A DNA stretch of 64,000 nucleotides, from the NCBI RefSeq assembly GCF_964213995.1, contig NC_135811.1, positions 107,446,001 to 107,510,000 on the forward strand, read 5' to 3'. Within the stretch, counting starts at the first letter, position 1. Every line of letters starts with the position of its first letter. Shown here in pieces: positions 59,534-64,000 of the stretch. The notes below the pieces were generated by a model. The model was not told where the DNA came from. It made no database searches and saw only the letters and a list, made by a program, of their open reading frames with translations. Made by a program: the position numbers and the translations under genes. Origin of the DNA: Mustelus asterias (lineage: Eukaryota).

Positions 59534-60171
59534 ACTCTGCTTTAATTACTGATACAAGCTATTTTCTTGTGCTTTGCCCAAGCAATCACCTTCTGTGCCT
59601 GATAAAGGAATTCAACCATATGTGGCATCACAATTTAGCAACATCCCGTTCTCACCCGATACAACTTAATGGAAGTCACTGAAGATTGATCAGGAGCAGC
59701 GGTTGATTTTCCTAGCAGCACTGAGGGTAAAAAAGGGCTGGAATTTACTGCCTGACTGACATCAGGTTAATCAATATCGACTGGGGATCAGACTTGAGAC
59801 TTTAGTTATCTGCATGACTCACTTTCAAGCTGGATAGAGGGTATAATGAACAGGGCCATTGCAGAACTGTGGTTAAACTTTTCAGTACTAAGTTTCCACT
59901 GTTGTATGAAAAAATGCACATCTGTTTTCTGACCTGCACCATCTCAAAAACTCATGGTAACCTAACCACCTCTGAACTTCCCGTAACTCTCTCTGTTACT
60001 CTGCTAAGCTGAATACGCCAGACAGAACACAAGAAGTGACATAATCTAGAATTAGTACTGGTAATTTTGACTTTGAGTGATATTGTAAAGCAGGTGATAT
60101 TGACTGAGCTGCCTGTTCTACGTTGCTCTTGATTTTCATTTCCACTGACATTAACAAAAATGAAACAGCAG

Positions 60172-60880
60172 CTTGAATTTATATTTATATAGCACCTTCA
60201 ATGCAATAAAACAACCCAAGGCAATTCAAAGAGGCATTAGAAAATAAAATACAACACCAAGCCGCAGAATGAGATCTGAGGACAGATGATCAAAAGGTTT
60301 GTCAAAGAGGTAAGTTTTAAGGAGCATCTTAAAGAAAGAAAGCGCGGTAGCAAGGAGGAGAGTTGTAGAGAAGGAATTTCAAAGTTGAAGGCCTTGGCAA
60401 TTGAAAGCACGGCTAGAAATAGTGGAGGGATTCAAATCCAGGTTTCTCAAGAGGCCATAATTAGAGGAGTGCAGATTTCACAGAGGATGGTAGGGAGAGA
60501 GGGAATTACAGGGATAGGAAAGGACCAGGTCACAGAAGAATTTGAAAACAAAGATTATCATTTTTAAATCGAGGCATTATTTAACCACGAGCTAGTGTAG
60601 TCAGCAAGAACAGGATTGAAGAGTGAACAATGTTGGTGTGAGTTAGGACACGACTGCAGTGTTTTGAATGATCTCAGGTTTTTGGGAGATGGGAAACTGG
60701 CCAGAGCGCATATGAATTGTCAAGTCTGGAGGTAACAAAGGCATGGCTGAGGGAACGGTGGAGATGGCCCTTTATGGAGGTAGGAATAGGTGGTCTTATT
60801 TACAGCCTGGATACATGATTGGAAGCTTATCTCAGCTCAAATATGGCACCAAGATTGCTAAAGATCTGGTTCAGTCTTGG
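60172..60880 (-). mobile_element. L2-clade LINE 3' fragment
   Basis: Tail ATTTATATAGCACCTT shared with the DeuSINE tails, plus GTCAAAGAGGTAAGTTTTAAGGAG, GTGTGAGTTAGGACACG and GGAGGTAACAAAGGCATGG, complementary to the L2 fragment near 61200. Confidence 0.7.
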
Positions 60881-61184
60881 CCGAGGAAGTGATGTTTGAT
60901 GGGCAGCTGAATTGATAATGTCAGTCGTACACAACACCAAAGTCCAAATTCCATATGACAGGTCATGCAGAAAACCCAATCTCATACCAATGTTTAAACT
61001 CAAGTGCATCAGCGACACATGGATCACTTAATAGGTTGAATGTAACAATCAAAGTTAGGGCTAACATTAAAACATTTTTATTAGTCTCTTTATTTCAATA
61101 AATTTTGAATATTAATATCATGAGTGCTGTTGGCATCATGGGCAAGGTGGATTATTTCTACCTCTATAACATTGCCTATTTTCA

Positions 61185-61415
61185 CGCCCGCCCCAGCCGA
61201 ATTCTCTGAAGCTGAAATCCTCATGTGTGCCTTTGTTACCTCCTGATTTGATTATTCTAATGAAACCGTGACGGGCCTCCCTGTTCCAGCTTCCTTAAAC
61301 TTGAGATCATTCAGAACTCTGCTGCCTGCGTCCTAACTCACACTGCATGCTGTTCACACATCACCTCTGTGCTTGTTGACCTAACCTGGTTCCGGGTTAA
61401 ACAATGTCTCGAATG
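61185..61415 (+). mobile_element. L2-clade LINE ORF2 fragment
   Basis: Decayed coding for EILMCAFVTS*FDYSN...GLP...LEIIQNSAACVLT...ITSVLVDL, the L2 C-terminal motif. Confidence 0.65.
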
Positions 61416-61609
61416 GAAAGAGAGACTGAATCAAACTTTAGACTGCCTTATTCATCTCATGAACCTACCCTGAACTCTGGGAGGAATAATAACATTTCAA
61501 CAAAGTCTATCCCATTGTTTAAAACCAGATTCCTCTAGTTTTCTACCCTTTTCTCCTGAAAGTAACTGATAATACCGACTCTTTCTAAATTATTTCTCTA
61601 TTGGCAAAA

Positions 61610-61930
61610 GCATCTCTCTGCTGTCTCACCCAAGTGACAATTCTTCCAATACGAACTGCCTAAGCATTGCCTGTCAGTTAGACATTTGGCAGGCGAAAAC
61701 ATCACAATGGCCAGTCTTCACTCAACATTCACGCACACACTTCTTAACTGAGATCATCGGATGCTGATGAAGAATTTCAAGAATTGCCTGATTCCTTCCC
61801 CTTTCCCCTCTCTAAGCCAAAGACACAGAGGCCAATTTTAGTTCCTTAAAATCAGATGAACAGAGTCGAACTAACTCAACACAGACCAGACACTGTAATC
61901 AGCACTTTACTGCTTTGACTGGCACAGCAC
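61610..61930 (-). mobile_element. Ancient SINE remnant (AmnSINE2-like; family name from memory)
   Basis: CTCACCCAAGTGACAATTCTTC, CACGCACACACTTC, GAGGCCAATT and CTAACTCAACACAGACCAG. A more decayed relative appears at about 59625-59820. Confidence 0.45.
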
Positions 61931-63349
61931 CACACCACGCAGTTATCAGCAGAGCTATTATTACTGTAACAGGGGTTGAAATTGTGCTTTTTTATATTAG
62001 GAATGAATGGAATGCACTGTGTGAAATTCCTATGGCCGGCTTTTAAATGAAGGCATTAGTATGTTTATTCTAAATGGATTTACATCTTGACTAGAACATC
62101 AGACAGAAGAATTTTGTGTTAGCACATTTGTAACTGATAATGCACAATGCAAATTCAATTCATTTTTCAGTGCGAGAGTTAGCCAGTATGCAACAATCAA
62201 TCAGAGCAGATAATTAGCTCAAATTGCTGAAAATTAACTCTAAACCTGGGAGATGCAGTAATAGTTAGAATACAGCCCACCATGAAAAATCTTGTGGAAA
62301 CTAAAGGAAGAGAACATTTTCAATTTAAAACAATTTACTTTTCTCATGAACTGTAAGCATCAAATCTCAAATGCTTTATGCTTAGATGAGAAGGAAAAGA
62401 ATCCTTTTCATATTCTTATCTTCTTCCCACAGGCTTGCTATGTTGACAAGAGAGAGATGCCAGGCAGACAGAGCACTCCACAGAGCATTCCCTCTCCTTT
62501 CCACAACACATGGAGGATCAGCTGAACAGCCAACAGACGAGATATCTCGTGAGTTGACAGCACTTTCTGGAGGGGGCAATGGACAGGATGACAGACACTC
62601 CAGGGCAGTGTCATCGAGGCCAGCCGTCCTTGTGTGTTGAGAGACTACCACCTGCTGGGAAATCCCAACAGACAGAACAGAGGGACACAGTCACCTCTGA
62701 TAGAGTCTCAAGTGGAATAATTCTGCACTCTGGGTTTAAATGTGAAAAGGTTTCTTTTACGACAGACATATTGTTGTTGAGATATTGGTGAGAGTTTTAA
62801 GGTTGCATTTATTGCCCTGAGGTGACAAAGAGTCAACCATACAATGCAGGACTCGCGTCACCTGTAATCTTCTGAGGGGCAACTAGGGATGGCCAGTTGC
62901 GCCCACATTCCATAAATTACTCTTTAAAAAAAAGAACAAGTTGAGGCAGCAAGTTCCTTTTCCTGATTTGATAAACTAAATGCCCCAATGGGATTTGAAT
63001 GTACAATTTCTAAGACCAGGGCTACACCTTCTATGTTGCCAAACCCCATCACTGTAAGCTCTTCCAGCCTGAAATCCTCAGCGATCTCTGTGTTCCTTCA
63101 ATTCTGGCCTCTTACGTAATCCCAATTTTAATTTTTCCAGCTTTATCAGCCAAGGTCCTACGATGCCATTGATGTAACACTAACAGTGATATGATACAAC
63201 TGGCAGAGAGGCTTCTGCTGTCTTGAGTCGAACTATACATCTGCCCCTCACCTGAAATTGTATCATTTGCACAAAATAATGGAGACAACATTATCCTCAC
63301 TGCTAGGCTGACAAGAAATTCTCACCTCCTTGCTTAAGAAAGGATACAA

Positions 63350-63530
63350 TTGCCCTTTAGGAGCAGTTTAGAAAAGGTTCACTTGACTAACACCTGGGAT
63401 GGGTGGGTTATCTTATGAAGAAAGGTTGGACAGACTGGGACTGTATCCATTGGAGTTTAGAAGATTGAGGTGATCTTCTTGAAACAAATCAGTTCCCAAG
63501 GGGACGTGACTGGATGGATGCTGAAATGAT
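63350..63530 (+). mobile_element. CR1-type LINE ORF2 3' fragment
   Basis: GAAAAGGTTCACTTGACTAACACCTGGGATG...TCTTATGAAGAAAGGTTGGACAGACTGGGACTGTATCCATTGGAGTTTAGAAGA encodes an LSYEERLDRLGLYPLEFRR-like segment. Confidence 0.8.
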
Positions 63531-64000
63531 GGAGGCGATTCTCCTAAAAAAGTTCTAAGTGCTGAATTTGTGGGAAAACTGATGTAAATCACGATTGTTT
63601 TTTCCGTGCAACTTCAGACAAGAATCTCCCACACTCTGTGCAATGCAGAGGTCACAATCATTAAAGGTTCAGGGGGCAGGGCCTATTCACACCAGAGCCT
63701 GACAGTTCTGGGCCTCTGCACATGCACAGTGGCCCCAAACTGTCAGCCTGCAGTTTGTTGACCAACTTGATCGCTGGCAGCCCGGGACCCTCACAGTGCT
63801 GCCCCTCCAACCACCCCCCCCCCTCTCCGAGGCCTGATTGCGGCCCCCACGACCATTCCTATGACAGCCCCTACCCTCCCTCCTGATCTCCAACCCCCCT
63901 CCCAGCAATGACGATCCTCTCCACCTCCTCCACCCCAGCAGATTTTGTCCCCCCCCCTCATGGGAGGCAGACACCCCTGGAAGCAGAGCCCCCTCACCCC
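63531..64000. mobile_element. Probable non-autonomous DNA element (MITE-like), cut by the window end
   Basis: The CR1 fragment stops abruptly at GGAGGCGATTCTCC and is followed by GC-rich sequence with C-runs, resembling abundant catshark repeats. The other terminus is not visible. Confidence 0.4.

Overview
Vertebrate genomic DNA containing the 3' (anterior) end of a HoxB cluster. HoxB4, HoxB3, HoxB2 and HoxB1 all lie on the + strand, each with two coding exons joined by phase-1 GT-AG introns. The flanking SINE/LINE families (HE1/V-SINE, SacSINE1/DeuSINE-like, CR1, L2) point to an elasmobranch (shark). Much of the known hindbrain cis-regulatory toolkit is recognisable: the Hox4 intronic HB-1 element, the CR3/late neural element, four RAREs (three DR5, one DR2), a MafB/Krox20 r5-type module, the Hoxb2 Krox20/Sox and Meis/Pbx-Hox module, the Hoxb1 autoregulatory element and miR-10 seed matches. 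I saw no transposable elements in 1-45.4 kb. A 512-N gap follows, then one LINE tail near 46 kb, and dense repeats from about 51.5 kb. The most interesting observations are regulatory: an NF-Y + E-box module with 10-11 bp spacing upstream of all four genes, a HoxB3 upstream ATG resembling the HoxD3 N-terminus but out of frame, a strong-Kozak uORF before HoxB1, and a stem-loop in the HoxB4 3' UTR. I found no evidence for a novel protein-coding system. All comparisons with mouse or human sequences and repeat-family names come from memory and need alignment to confirm.
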